Positions 48,501-59,362 of a DNA stretch of 64,000 nt are shown here, piece by piece. Position 1 is the stretch's first letter; each line of letters begins with the position of its first letter. The notes beneath the pieces are model-generated. The model was not told the DNA's origin and searched no databases. It saw nothing but the letters and a program-made list of their open reading frames with translations. The stretch comes from Podarcis cretensis (lineage: Eukaryota). The translations under genes and the position numbers were made by a program. The DNA is taken from contig OX638150.1 of assembly GCA_951804945.1 (NCBI GenBank), positions 42,656,001 through 42,720,000 on the forward strand. The letters are read 5' to 3'.

Positions 48501-49860
48501 AAATTGTCACTTGAATTTGATCAGGTTAAGGGCTAGATTTCTGCACTGGCATGCTGCCTTTCCGTTGTACATCAGTTGCAGGTCAGCCACGAGTGATCCA
48601 CAAAAGCAGGGTGGGGTGGGGGAGATAATGGTTTTAATCCCCGTACATGACAGACATTGGTTTTGAGAATCAGCAGAACAACACTAGTGTGTCTGCTGTT
48701 TCCATATGGTGTTTCCTTTAATAAAGAACAGAAATTCTAGCAAGAGCAAAAGAGAGGACTGACCCTGATATGGTCAGTGACAAGCCATGACCTCGGTCTG
48801 AATGAGTTTGGTGTGACTGCTGTATGAGTGGTTCCCAGTACAGTCATTCCCTTAGGTTTCTTGGACACAAAGAGTGTTCTGCTTAATGAGATCACAAAAA
48901 TGTATGAGTACCCATCATTGGTTTATAGCCATATGTCAGCATCTAGACTTGCTAGTGTTGAATAGTGTGGTGAGAGAGTTGAGCACTTCATAGCTGTGAT
49001 TCAACTGGGTATTTCCTAAAAACAGTTTCTGCCTCTAAGCTGAAGGCTCAAAAGGTGTGTTGAAAATTATTTAAGATTCCACTGGATTTTTCTATTATAG
49101 AATTACATCTCTTGATGCTACAGTAAATATACTGCAGCAAAGTGCATTCCAATCTTACTCCTGTGAGGCAGACACATTGTCAGCTTTCCAAATAGTACCA
49201 CAGGCTTTAGGGTGCTGGCAGGCACATGTGAAAGAATTTAGCAAAAATGTAGTCTGTTAAGTTGTTTGAGGCAAGAAAGGCTATTGTGCTTTGAAGTGAG
49301 GGTGCTCAAATTTCAATCACTCAGTTGCAAACTTCTGCATTCTAGGTATGAGGCTGTCTAAGGGAGGTTCAGACAATTTTGTGAGTAAGTAATAATATGC
49401 TTCTTCCCTTTGTCAGGGTGAGGACCCATTTACAGATGAAAACGTTGACCAAGATGTTGATGACTCTGGAGCCTTAGAGGGGGCAGAAGCTGAAAAGGCT
49501 ACAGAAAGTGCTGCAGTAGAGAGAAAAGAGAGTGCTGCAGATGAGATCACAACCACTGAAGTCAGTGAAACTGCTAAACCAGAAGGGGATGAGAGAGCTT
49601 GCTCTACTATAACCTTTTCTGAAGATAAATCTGCAGAGGAGGAGGAGGAGCAGGAAAAAGAGAGAATCAAGCCAGTAGGAACAACAGAGGGACTGTCTGC
49701 CCATCCTCAAAAAAGCCTTGAAGTGAGAGCAGCAGAAAGCCAAGTGGAGGAACAAGAGCATTTGAAGATGGGAGAAGGGAACTCTACGGAAATGGCAACA
49801 GCTGAAAATAGTGACACCAAGGAGGAACCAGTTATTGTAGCAGATGCAGAGCTGCAATAG
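32909..49860 (+). CDS. AKAP8: A-kinase anchor protein 8 (AKAP95), spliced CDS: join(32909..32924,34500..34538,35080..35112,36455..36743,37476..37989,38411..38555,38915..38961,39123..39159,41002..41098,42485..42626,43199..43292,43913..44043,45983..46078,49417..49860); 2124 nt, ~707 aa
   Basis: All exons join in frame with GT-AG introns. MDQGY…[20 protein letters not shown]…[18 protein letters not shown]…[26 protein letters not shown]…GEDPFT matches recalled human AKAP8. Confidence 0.95.
33560..34050 (-). mobile_element. CR1 LINE 3' fragment
   Basis: Reverse complement resembles the CR1 RT C-terminus/3'UTR; homologous to 51125-51440. Confidence 0.8.
34500..34538 (+). CDS. AKAP8: AKAP8 exon 2 ([13 protein letters not shown])
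   Basis: ttacag acceptor, gtaagt donor. Confidence 0.88.
35080..35112 (+). CDS. AKAP8: AKAP8 exon 3 ([11 protein letters not shown])
   Basis: aag acceptor, gtatgt donor; ASWQ as in human. Confidence 0.88.
36455..36743 (+). CDS. AKAP8: AKAP8 exon 4
   Basis: Inside ORF 36406..36747; [20 protein letters not shown]. Confidence 0.95.
37150..37340 (-). mobile_element. Old tRNA-derived SINE
   Basis: Reverse-strand head (…GAACCTTCTGCATGCAAA…CACTAAGCTA); similar to 51530-51700. Confidence 0.55.
37476..37989 (+). CDS. AKAP8: AKAP8 exon 5 (Tyr/Gly/Arg-rich disordered region)
   Basis: [13 protein letters not shown]…; tacag acceptor, gtaagt donor. Confidence 0.95.
38411..38555 (+). CDS. AKAP8: AKAP8 exon 6 (PKRR…RKRK NLS…EPDSK)
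   Basis: ttctag acceptor, gtaatg donor, homology. Confidence 0.9.
38915..38961 (+). CDS. AKAP8: AKAP8 exon 7
   Basis: gacag acceptor, gtaagt donor, phase-compatible. Confidence 0.87.
39123..39159 (+). CDS. AKAP8: AKAP8 exon 8
   Basis: Polypyrimidine tract plus aag acceptor, gtaggg donor, phase-compatible. Confidence 0.85.
39280..39488 (+). mobile_element. Tc1/mariner-type MITE, A-related
   Basis: TA|CAGTGGTACCTCAGGTTACG…CGTAACCCAAGATACCACTG|TA. Confidence 0.88.
40114..40175 (-). mobile_element. CR1 3' terminus
   Basis: ATAGAGTTGGAAGGGACC…TCCAACCCC, reverse complement of the CR1 tail. Confidence 0.75.
41002..41098 (+). CDS. AKAP8: AKAP8 exon 9 (…[16 protein letters not shown])
   Basis: ctgtag acceptor, gtaact donor, homology. 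Confidence 0.92.
41285..41361. repeat. T-rich polypyrimidine tract
   Basis: Seen directly. Confidence 0.9.
42485..42626 (+). CDS. AKAP8: AKAP8 exon 10 (zinc finger 1)
   Basis: [29 protein letters not shown]…VEFLQ. Confidence 0.96.
42763..42898. mobile_element. hAT-superfamily MITE
   Basis: TIR CAGGCTTCCTCA…TGAGGAAGCCTG, palindromic body, perfect 8-bp TSD AACTAGGT. Confidence 0.92.
43199..43292 (+). CDS. AKAP8: AKAP8 exon 11 ([10 protein letters not shown]…PDPFK)
   Basis: cccag acceptor, gtaagc donor, homology. Confidence 0.94.
43478..43552 (+). mobile_element. CR1 3' terminus with (ATTCTATG)n tail
   Basis: GGGTTGGACTCGATGGCC…TTCCAACTCTATGATTCTATGATTCTATG. Confidence 0.85.
43913..44043 (+). 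CDS. AKAP8: AKAP8 exon 12 (zinc finger 2)
   Basis: [44 protein letters not shown]. Confidence 0.96.
45983..46078 (+). CDS. AKAP8: AKAP8 exon 13 ([10 protein letters not shown]…MLEKYLK)
   Basis: cctag acceptor, gtaagt donor, homology. Confidence 0.95.
46338..46652. mobile_element. Old palindromic MITE; related pieces at ~34180-34380, ~40020 and ~61760-61930
   Basis: Imperfect nested inverted repeats (GTTTAGCATTATG…CATAATGCTAAAC; CCTGGG…CCCAGG). Confidence 0.55.
47100..48200 (-). mobile_element. Decayed L2/CR1-clade LINE reverse transcriptase fragment
   Basis: [15 protein letters not shown] (ORF 47573..48196) and PQG…[10 protein letters not shown] in another frame; frameshifted. Confidence 0.85.
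49417..49860 (+). CDS. AKAP8: AKAP8 last coding exon (GEDPFTD + acidic tail, TAG)
   Basis: tgtcag acceptor; open frame to TAG at 49858-49860. Confidence 0.93.
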   Translation, partial: GEDPFTDENVDQDVDDSGALEGAEAEKATESAAVERKESAADEITTTEVSETAKPEGDERACSTITFSEDKSAEEEEEQEKERIKPVGTTEGLSAHPQKSLEVRAAESQVEEQEHLKMGEGNSTEMATAENSDTKEEPVIVADAELQ

Positions 49861-50571
49861 GAATGACCATATAAATGATTGTATAAATTGATTGTATGAA
49901 GATGATTTTGACTGGCTTAGCTGTATAATCCCTCCCCTCCCCCTCCCCCCAATACACCCTGGGGAAAAAATCTTATGTCAGTGCAGTACCTGTATGTGCA
50001 TTTCTAGGGTGCTGCCAATTTTGTTATTGATTTGAAGAAAGGAATTCATCTATTCTGTTATGGAAGCAGTCTTGTGCTTCATTGTTGTAGAAGGCTGTAT
50101 ATTCCCCAAGAAAGGTTTGATGACTTATTCATTGTAGAATGAACAATACGATTTGAAAAAAGCAAAGTTGTTAATCATTCAGCTCCTCCCAGGTATTCAT
50201 TTTTCAGTATTGAAGGATTATAGCTTAATTTGGAAACGAAATTTGGCCTCTTCCTTATGAAGGAGTAGATTAGTTAAGTGTGTGTGTGTGTTCTTGCTTG
50301 TGAAAATGTTTGCTCATTTAAGTTCCTAAAGAAAAGACTTGCTGCCTTGAAAACTGTTACTTTCTTTATCCAGTTTGCAATATTGCATGAAAATAGCATC
50401 TGTAACTTGTTTTTAAGCACCAAGATGATTGTGTATCACACTGGGGTTATCATTTCTACTGAGCACTGCTTCAGATTTTCTGGCTAGCAAGCTGCAGCTT
50501 GTACATTATGCTGGTACAGAGGCATAGCCTAAGGGAGAAAAGTTATACCACCACTGAATCTCCATCCTCTT

Positions 50572-50775
50572 AATAAAAATCACAAACGTATCATTCATGG
50601 AGTGAATTGCCAAATATTGCCCTGCGAGTATTGAAGCAGTACCAAGACCAGCAAAATAAAAGCAGATTTGTGAGTGTTGGGATTGATGCTCATAGTTAAA
50701 GCTTTAAGAGTGGAATGGAGCACTATTTGTAAAGAAAACAACAACCCCGGTCTTTTGTCTTAGCAGTTAAATAAA
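50572..50775 (+). terminator. Candidate AKAP8 polyadenylation signals
   Basis: AATAAA at 50572, 50655 and 50770, downstream of the stop codon. Confidence 0.5.
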
Positions 50776-51124
50776 CTTCTGAAACTGAAAACTAGTATCT
50801 TACATTTCGTTGGCTCCAAAACATGTGCTGTCTTAACAATGTGGTCACATTATTGCCCATTTTAGAAGAGCAGTTGACTGACTGCTGTCTAGAACACACA
50901 TATGCCACACTCGCTATTGCTAGAGCTACCATACAAGGAAAATAAATTATCTCTGCTGTGTGGTTGAAGGAGAGGAATAAATATTAAATCCAGTTTCTAT
51001 ATCAAAAGCATTCATTGATAATCTAGAGCCAGGGTGAGCAGTGAGGTAGTCGGGCTTGTGGCTGATACCAAAGGTTCCATACCAGGGATCGTTAGGAAAT
51101 GAGTTGAAAATAAAACTGCAACAA

Positions 51125-51440
51125 CATTTTGAGTACTGCATACAGTTCTGGTTTCCTCATTTCAAGATACTATAGAGCTGGGAAAAGTTCAGAAAAGGAC
51201 AACCAAAATTATCCAAGTCCTCATAAGGAAAGGTTACATCATTCAGGGCTTTTTAGTTTAGAGAAAAGCTGGGGTATGATTTAGGTGTATAAGATGATGC
51301 ATAGTGTGGAGAAGGTTGACAGAAAAGTTTATCCATCATCATACTCGAATCCAGGGCCATCCTTATGAAGTTATAATGGTGGAAGATTCAGTACAGACAA
51401 AAATAAAAGTACTGCTTCACACAGCACAAATAACTGGAAG
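51125..51440 (+). mobile_element. CR1 LINE fragment
   Basis: GAGTACTGCATACAGTTCTGG (EYCIQFW), GGAAAAGTTCAGAAAAGGACAACC, TTTAGTTTAGAGAAAAG. Confidence 0.8.
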
Positions 51441-51529
51441 TTGCTCCCAGAAGATGGGAATATGACACATTCAACTGAATATCCCACTACTTTGACTTGA
51501 TACTTCTTAGAAGTTATCTTTGCATTGAC

Positions 51530-51702
51530 ACTTGGTAGTAGAGCATGTGTTTTCACACACACAACAGCCCGATTCAATCCCTGGTATTTCCAGTTAAATG
51601 GTTCAGTCTCAGCCAAGGCTCTGGAGGACTGCTGCAAATCAGAGGAGGCAGCACAGTACTACATGGACAAATAGTTGGACCTGGTATAAGGAAGCTTCCT
51701 AT
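51530..51702 (+). mobile_element. Old tRNA-derived SINE
   Basis: GGTAGTAGAGCATG…GATTCAATCCCTGG head; GGTATAAGGAAGCTTCCTAT tail. Confidence 0.55.
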
Positions 51703-52633
51703 ATGAATATTGATACCATTATTTGAATTCATGCAACTTCTCATTATATTTCACCACAAATCATTCTTTTTCAATAAGCACTGTAATGGTTTATCACTGA
51801 ATAAAATGAATGGTAACAATAGAAAGTTGCATGAAGGAATTGCCAATTATTACATGACAATCAGGCTAAGATAGAAGAGTGAGCGATCCTCCCTTAAGTA
51901 ACTGCAGCCATAGTTAAGAGCAGTGTAATCGGTCAATTCCCACTTCACATTAAGAAGTAGTAATTCCCGCCCCGTAGTCTACCTCCATGAGGGCAGCTTT
52001 TGCATCTATAACAAAATCATCTCTGTGCAGTTGAACCTTGAACAGTGGACATTCTCAGCAGGTTATACAGGTTAAAACAGGTCCCTGCCAAAACAGCTGG
52101 TGCTCTACTGAGACTAAGCTTGCCTGTGCATATACACAATTGGCCTGCCTGGGATGAACCATTACTTGTTCCCCTCTCCTTCCTTGAGAGCAGAACACTC
52201 CTTTTACTCCTTTGTGATGGACCACTCCTTGGCATGTGCTTTGTATAGTACAGTATATTGAAAATCAGACAGTTTTCCTTGGGTCTGCTTTTGTCATCAA
52301 AATAATGAAGCATGCATGACAAAAACCCATTTGATTAGAGCTAGGTGCTGGCTGGAATGGGAGCAGAATAATTGTTCAATCATGTTCTTTACAAATTTGA
52401 AAATTTGTCTGAATGTAGTCAATGATTAGCATTTATCTGTTAATTTATTGCAGAATCTTGTGGGTAAAGCAGTCTCTCAACTCCAGACCAGGTTCTCTCA
52501 TTGCCTGCAGACTGTTTAGTTATAAAGATCTCTTTGTGGTGCTATATATGCTGTATATGCTGTATATGCTAAGCTTCAATTTATGGTCTTCACTAGCAGT
52601 TAACTTTTGTATATGTGAGGGAAGTTACAACTA

Positions 52634-52848
52634 CAGTGGTACCTCAGGTTACAGACGCTTCAGGTTACAGACTCCGCTAACTCAGAAATAGTGCTTCAGG
52701 TTAAGAACTTTGCTTCAGGATGAGAACAGAAATCGTGCTGCGGCAGCGGGAGGCCCCATTAGCTAAAGTGGTGCTTCAGGTTAAGAACAGTTTCAGGTTA
52801 AGAACGGACCTTCGGAACGAATTAAGTACTTTACCCGAGGTACCACTG
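52634..52848 (+). mobile_element. Tc1/mariner-type MITE, subfamily A
   Basis: Close match to 12341-12558; TA TSD. Confidence 0.9.
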
Positions 52849-53174
52849 TACTGTAAATCACACACAAAAAGCCCACATAACTTATCTGGCTAAGGTAACA
52901 TTTTCCCCATTATATAGGAGCATTTGTAAGTGGGAGAGCACACAGTGAGCGTAACTCATTACTGAGTTAGATGGACTAATGATCTGCTTCAATATATGGC
53001 AGCTCCCAAAATTCCTATGATAGGTGCATTAGTGTTCTATTCCATTAGTGTTCTATTACATATAACCTACCTCATTAACATATGCATTCCTATCTCTAAT
53101 CCACCACCACCAGTAGACATGACACTCCTCTTTTATTTGTACGCTCGGGTACAAATAAATTAATGGGGCTTATT

Positions 53175-53360
53175 TATTGCATTTAGATTTCTCCTTTCCT
53201 CCAAGGAACTCAAGGTTTTCTTCTTCCCCATTTCATCTTTCCAACAGCCCTGTGAGATAGTTGGGTCAAGACAGTGACTGGCCAAAGGTCACTCAGTTTG
53301 GTGAGTGTGCTACTGCTGCACACATTTTTGGCCGAGTTGGGACTTAAAACCTGGTCCTAA
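53175..53360 (-). mobile_element. MIR/CORE-like SINE remnant
   Basis: CCCCATTT…CAACAGCCCTGTGAG…GTGACTGGCCAAAGGTCAC pattern. Confidence 0.55.
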
Positions 53361-53914
53361 TCTGACAGAGCTATTTTCCCCAGCCAGAACTCAGTTCCAG
53401 CACTTCTCAGGTGGGCGCCATTGCTATTATAAGAGAAACAAGGGAGGCGTTCGTGGCGAGTTCAAGCACCTCTTTTTTATATATAGAAAAATTGCACAGT
53501 TAACACTCTAACCACTACTCCAGCTTACTCTCAAGTAACTGGATATAGGAAAGCAGCCCAAATGTTTTAAATGCCGAAGTAACTTCTGGGTTTTGTTGTA
53601 AGCTGCCACTTTCCTTTGCATAAGATATAGCTGCTGACTGCTGTAGTTGTAGTTTGGAAAGCAGCCCAGATGCCACCTTTCTTGAATTACGCAGAAGATC
53701 ATCCCATTTCTAAAGCTAGCAATATTTTTAACAGTTCATAGGCAACCTTGTGGTCTTCTCCTGCTACTAAATGGCCACTGTTCTGTTTCCTATTAAATGT
53801 TTCTCACTGTCCACTACACGCCCTATTACACGAGGACAGCAGCTAGGAAGTTTCCATTCATTTAATAGTTATTACAACAAGTAAGATGAACTGTGTTGCT
53901 TGAGGGTACTAAAA

Positions 53915-54232
53915 CTTGAATCTGTACGATGGGGTGAGCTCCCATTGCTCTGTCACAGCTTCTGCCAACCTAGCAGTTTGAAAGCATACCAGTGCAAGTA
54001 GGTACCACTGCAGAGGGAAGGTAAATGGCATTTCAATGTGCTCTGGCACTTGTCGCGGTGTCCTATTGCGCCGCAAATGGTTTAGTCATGCTGGCCACAT
54101 GACCCAGAAAGCTGTCTGTGGACAAACGCCAGCTCCCTCGATCTGAAAGCGAGGTGAGGATCGCAGCCCATAGTTGCCTTTGACTGGACTTAACTGTCCA
54201 GGGATCCTTTACTTTACCTTACCTTTACCTTT
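53915..54232 (+). mobile_element. 5'-truncated Sauria SINE
   Basis: CTGCCAACCTAGCAGTTTGAAAGCA body; ACCTTT tail. Confidence 0.88.
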
Positions 54233-54805
54233 AACTAAGGCTATGCTTAGGTGTGCCCTTGTTTTTATAGGTATCATTGACCTCCTGCTTCAGAATATGT
54301 ACAGTAAACGAAAGGGAGTGCTGAATGATTGACCTGCTTAAAAGTCGAGCCTTCTCTTCCCCCACCCATATATATACATGAGAAATACCAAGTATAAAAT
54401 AGATAGGGTTCTTTCCGATGTGCTTCTACCTTAAAGGCAGCTTCCCCATGTTGCCATAGGCGCTGTCAATCAGAGATGAGAGTTTACGATCCAAGTCCTC
54501 TGCTCCAGTAGGTGAACAAAGGCTCCCTCTTCTATAATCTTCCTTTCCGGTCTACTGACCGAGCTGGGAAGAGAAAGGCCTAGCTTATTCTGCGGATGAG
54601 GTTCCCACTGGGGGTTGTTTTGTAGAGAAGAAACTGGTCCCCGTCGCCTTTTCCATTGTGTATTTAGCATCTTTTTCGGGACTGGTGGTGCACCAAGGGC
54701 TTGCTTTTGTCTGAAAGGCTGGTATATTCTATGTGTCATAGCGCCGCATTCCCATGCGTGCAACTGGGCAGAGTGAAGCGCCACAGAATTCCCCGCCCCG
54801 AGGAA

Positions 54806-54865
<60 letters not shown>
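54806..54865. repeat. (TAT)20 microsatellite
   Basis: Perfect trinucleotide run. Confidence 0.97.
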
Positions 54866-54869
54866 CGAG

Positions 54870-56830
54870 CGCCAATAGCCTTAGAGCTCAAAAGTAACCC
54901 GGTCAGCGGACTACCAAGCAGGAGAGCTATGTGACACGATGGTAGTCTTTGCTAAACGCTTTCGTGGGGAATTAATTGCCTGACTGTTGGCGGTAGCAAA
55001 TTTATCCGCGGGGTCGGATTGGACCCGCTGGCGAGATCAGAAACGGGGACGTGTTCCATTCTAACGAGCAAAGTTTGTTCTATCCCGTTTCCGGGAATCT
55101 GTGCTGGGCGCGCGGGGGGAAGGACTGGAGACAAGAGCGGCAGTTCCTACGTTCTTCAAAGAGCAAGCAGCACCTTCGTGGGGCGGTAAGCCCCATCTCC
55201 CAAGCACCATCATTCTCTTGCGAGGCGGCGGCGGCGACGCAGCTTCCTTCCCTCTCCCGCTTGCCTTACGATACCCCTCACGCGCCGTCTCCCTGGCGGG
55301 ACTGAGAAGCGCTCCTCCCGGCGCCCACTCGGAGGGCTCCTTACTCGAAGGGGCGTGGCCGTGAGGTAAGGGAACCTTGGATTCGAAGTCCTGTGCCCTG
55401 CGCGAGGCGTGGCTTGTTGCGTGGTGACGTAACGCGCTGCGTGGTGAGGTCAGTGCAGCCCCGCCGTTGCTGGTCCCGCTGCCCGTCGCTCTCTGCCCTG
55501 GTCTGTTCGCCGTGGTCCCCGACCCTCCCTACGGAGTGCGGCGCTTCCCCTTCACTCAGGACTTTGCTGGATTTGGTCTGGTAGGAGGCTGGTGACAACG
55601 CGGCCTTCTCCGGCTCTCCGCTCGCCGTCAGGTAAGAGCTGGGCCGGGCCGGGAGAGGCTGCGGGGGTTGGTATTCTCCTTGTTCAGTTACGTTGTCTTG
55701 TCGGCGTAACCCGCATTGCGTAATGTGACCGTTGCGTCAGGCGACTTACGCTTTTTGCGTCGAGGCCTATTGCGCAAAGGTCTTACGCGAGCCTCCTCAG
55801 CCTACGCTGCCTGGTGTCCCGTGCCCGTGCGTGCGCAGGGCAACTTCTCCCACCCCACTCCCCTCTGCATTCTCGCGGTGGGCGGCTAAGTTTCACGGTG
55901 GGTTAATCGGGAACAAGATGTGGATCGCTATTTCGCCCGGTTACGCGGATTGCGGTAGGTGGTGTGGAAGGCTTATGGTGGCTACGCCGTTTCCGTAAGC
56001 GCTGCTTCGCTGCTCCCTTTAAGGGTACGTGATTGCCGTAAGTATGTCCGTGCCCTCCGCCTGTACCGCTATGAGGCCGGGGTGCGCTGTGGGCGGCCCC
56101 CGCGCCGCCCTTGCACATCGGGCCTTCCGCTGGCTGGGGTGCATTTTCGAAGCGGCGGAGGGCCTTCCCGCCGAGGGCGCCCGTATCCCGTGCGCGGGTG
56201 GCGCAGTAAGCGAACCTGGGCGGGGCGGGTGCTGATGGTACTTCCTGCCGCCGCCATTTTGTCATCGAGCAGGAGGGGGAAGCGGCGGTAGTAGCGGCCG
56301 CGGCTCCGGTAGGGAGAGCGGCGGGGCGGGCGAGAGGGGAGCGGCGGCGGCGGCGGCACTAGCGGAGGCTCCGCTGCGAGAGGGCGCCGGTCTGACCGGC
56401 TCCTCGGAGCAGGGCGCGCGCGAGGCAGGCGGCTCCGCCTCTCCGCTCCGTGCCCTGCCTGCCAAAGGTTGCGGTTCCTGTAGGCCTGGCTCGACCGCTA
56501 CTCCTGCCCGGCGCCGCCCCACCTGGCTCCCCCCGTGAGCGGGTCTGGCCGTGCCTTGGCCCCCTGCGAGTTGGGGGGGGGCGGGCTGTGCCGGCTGGTC
56601 TCCTGGCTCGGGACCGGCACGTTTATTGGCTTCCTGTTGTGTAGCCTGATAGCGAAAGGCCCGGAGGATGCGCGGCAAGCGGCGTCCCGCCTAACAAGGC
56701 CGCAGTTGGCAACGGTGTGCAGAGGCAGCAGCGGATCTTTCGCTTGCGACCCGAATCGGAGCGTTGCCGGGGGCCGATTCCTTAACTGCCCGATTTAAGT
56801 ACGTACAAACGGCTGCGCGCTGTTTGTGCC
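54870..56830 (+). promoter_or_regulatory. Large CpG island; probable BRD4 promoter and non-coding first exon(s)
   Basis: ~2 kb GC/CpG-rich; GC box, ETS (ACTTCCTG 56240) and YY1 (CCGCCATTTTG 56251) cluster; CRE-like TGACGTAA at 55425; + strand donors at 55366 and 55632. BRD4 identity rests only on known synteny. Confidence 0.7.
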
Positions 56831-57364
56831 TCTGTGAGGACCACACGTAATGGCTCTTTCTCCCTTCCCAACCTTTGCCCCCGAAATCAACAAATCAACA
56901 AAAGCCTTAAAGCGGTGCCATGTAGTTCAGTGGGATCTAACGGTAGATTTGGATTATAACGCAGATATCTGACGGGTGGTCCAGTAGAAACCCTGCACTT
57001 AATATGAGGAGCCTTTAGTGGGGTGGTGTTTGAGGGCTGCATTCTTAGCAGGTCTGGAAAGCTTCACTAGGTAGAAGTGGATCATGATTAGAACAGACTA
57101 CCGTTTGTTAGAACAACTGCAAAACTGAAAATTTTTATTTAGTCCACAGAGAGTGGCCACTTAGTAGTAACATAAGTGGATATTTAATGATTGTGTGTGG
57201 TGATAATGGATTTTGTATAGATGGGTCCTTACATAATGTTGGATGCTTTTTGTAAGTGTTCATATACATAGTGCGTGTTGTGATAAAATCAGCGGTCATC
57301 CTTGCTTTCTTTTAGCTGAATGCTTGTCTTATTGCAGTTTTAATTTAAGCTAATAAAGTTTATA

Positions 57365-57727
57365 GAGGGACGCAGGTGGCGCTGTGGGTTAAAGCCTCAG
57401 CGCCTAGGGCTTGCCGATCGAAAGGTTGGCGGTTCGAATCCCTGCGGCGGGGTGCGCTCCCGCTGCTCGGTCCCAGCGCCTGCCAACCTAGCAGTTCGAA
57501 AGCACCTCCGGGTGCAAGTAGATAAATAGGGACCGCTTACCAGCGGGAAGGTAAACAGCGTTTCCGTGTGCGGCTCTGGCTCGCCAGAGCAGCGATGTCA
57601 CGCTGGCCACGTGACCCGGAAGTGTCTCCGGACAGCGCTGGCCCCTGGCCTCTTAAGTGAGATGGGCGCACAACCCCAGAGTCTGTCAAGACTGGCCCGT
57701 ACGGGCAGGGGTACCTTTACCTTTACC
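57365..57727 (+). mobile_element. Full-length Sauria SINE
   Basis: tRNA-derived head (A box TGGCGCTGTGG, B box GGTTCGAATCC), (ACCTTT)n tail, TSD TAATAAAGTTTATA on both sides. Confidence 0.93.
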
Positions 57728-58993
57728 TAATAAAGTTTATAATAATTTCCAAAAAAAATGATCAACGTTGCTAGTAGGCTTCTTTGGGGGCAGAGTGATT
57801 ACAGTATTCACCTTAAGTTATACAGTTGCAGTAGTGAAATAGGGACTAAGTCTGAAAATGCTAAATTGCGCATTTCAAGGAGAAGGCTGCAGTCCAAACT
57901 CAACTACTTTGGAGTAAACCACATTGAATTCAGTGGAACTTCTGAATAAATAAGCTTAGAATTGTGCTGTCCAGTAAATCAGTGTGGATATAGCATGCAA
58001 CCTATTACATAGGCAGAGTCTCACACTAACCTGACCTGCAGTTGTTGTTTTTATTACTCTGTAATGATGGTAATTTCCCCTCTTGGTTTCTTGCAGAGGA
58101 TTTTCCCCCCTGAGAATGCATTTGCCAGTGCTTTAGTAAAGTTGGAACTGAACAAGAACAGTTTATCACAATTTAATTAATATCCCTCTGGTCCCAACAG
58201 CTGCAATAGTCCCAACTATATGGAGACTGGGCTCAGATATGTTCTTGAAGCAGTTATCACTGTATTATGACCTCCTGGCTCTTGTGTAGTGCTTCCTGAT
58301 TCTTCTTTATCCCTTCTCTCACCTGCAGCAGATTATAATAGTTGTGGGGTGAATTATTATCTGTGGGACAGTCAAATAAGTTTGTTTGCTTTCAGAGGTA
58401 AATTTTACTCCTTTCATTATACCAGTGGTTGCAGGCTACTGATTGGGTTGCTGAAAGTGAACCTGCTGCCCCAGGACCATGTAATAATGATGTGGAAGGA
58501 AATTACCTGCTTCCATGGAAAAAAATATTTATGGAGTGTTTGGATTGGCCACTAGCCATTTTTGTTTATGGTTGTTAGACTTTAAAATTGCATCTGAACT
58601 CCATGGAGCATGCAGCTATGCATGAGGAACAGCTTAAACTAACATCACAGTAGAACATTTCTTATGGTCACAGTTTGTTTCACAGTACATGAAATTTCAC
58701 TATGGCTTTGCCTACACTATATGGTCAATTGTACAGCTACAGAATTCCAGCTAATCAAAGGTTGTATTTCCTTTGATATTATTGTGCATCAGGCAAAAGC
58801 TGCTTCATACATTTTCTTGTATAAAAACTGCTTCATAAACACTTGCTTATAATTTTTGTATATTTTCAAGAATGCATAAAGCCGTGACTTGTGAAAGTCA
58901 AAAGTGGACATGTTTTGTCAGTATGTCTATATAGGAAAAATATAATGCACGAAGTAGATATGATATAGGTGAAACAGTGTTTGAAATTCCCAT

Positions 58994-59362
58994 TGTTCTA
59001 GGCACATTTTGTGATGGAATTTCATTAGTGCAAGCAGTTTCTGAGCTCTGGGTGCAGTACTGCACCTGAGATTTCAAATTAAAATTACAGAGTGGAAGGA
59101 AGGGAGGACATTTTTCTGCCTCCCCACTTCCTGCTGCTCTATGAAGACTGGAGAAGAGACCCTCTTAAGAATATTAGGGGGGTGGGCAGGGGGAGGACTA
59201 GACGGTGTGAAAAATGAACTTAATATTTTAGCTGAAGTTCATTCATTCATTTGTATTGTATTATTGTTATAAAAAAACACACCCAGACATTCCGTTGTTG
59301 CGCCCATCACCTCGGTTTAAGGAGCCTTTTAGTTGCTAGCTTTCATATCTCAGTTTTTAACA
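58994..59362. mobile_element. Unclassified ~370-bp dispersed repeat (solo-LTR-like), copy 2
   Basis: Colinear with 22437-22840; TGTT…AACA ends; flanks CCCAT/CCGAT. Confidence 0.7.

Noticed and set aside
54701-54934. ORF with a poly-tyrosine run
   Set aside because: Translation artefact of the (TAT)20 microsatellite; non-ATG start
54950-56800. Many overlapping 60-140-aa ORFs in the CpG islands (also ~6.2-7.4 kb and ~32.6-33.5 kb)
   Set aside because: Expected from stop-codon scarcity in GC-rich DNA; no recognisable domains
57365-57450. tRNA gene
   Set aside because: The A and B boxes belong to a SINE head followed by SINE body, tail and TSD; no cloverleaf
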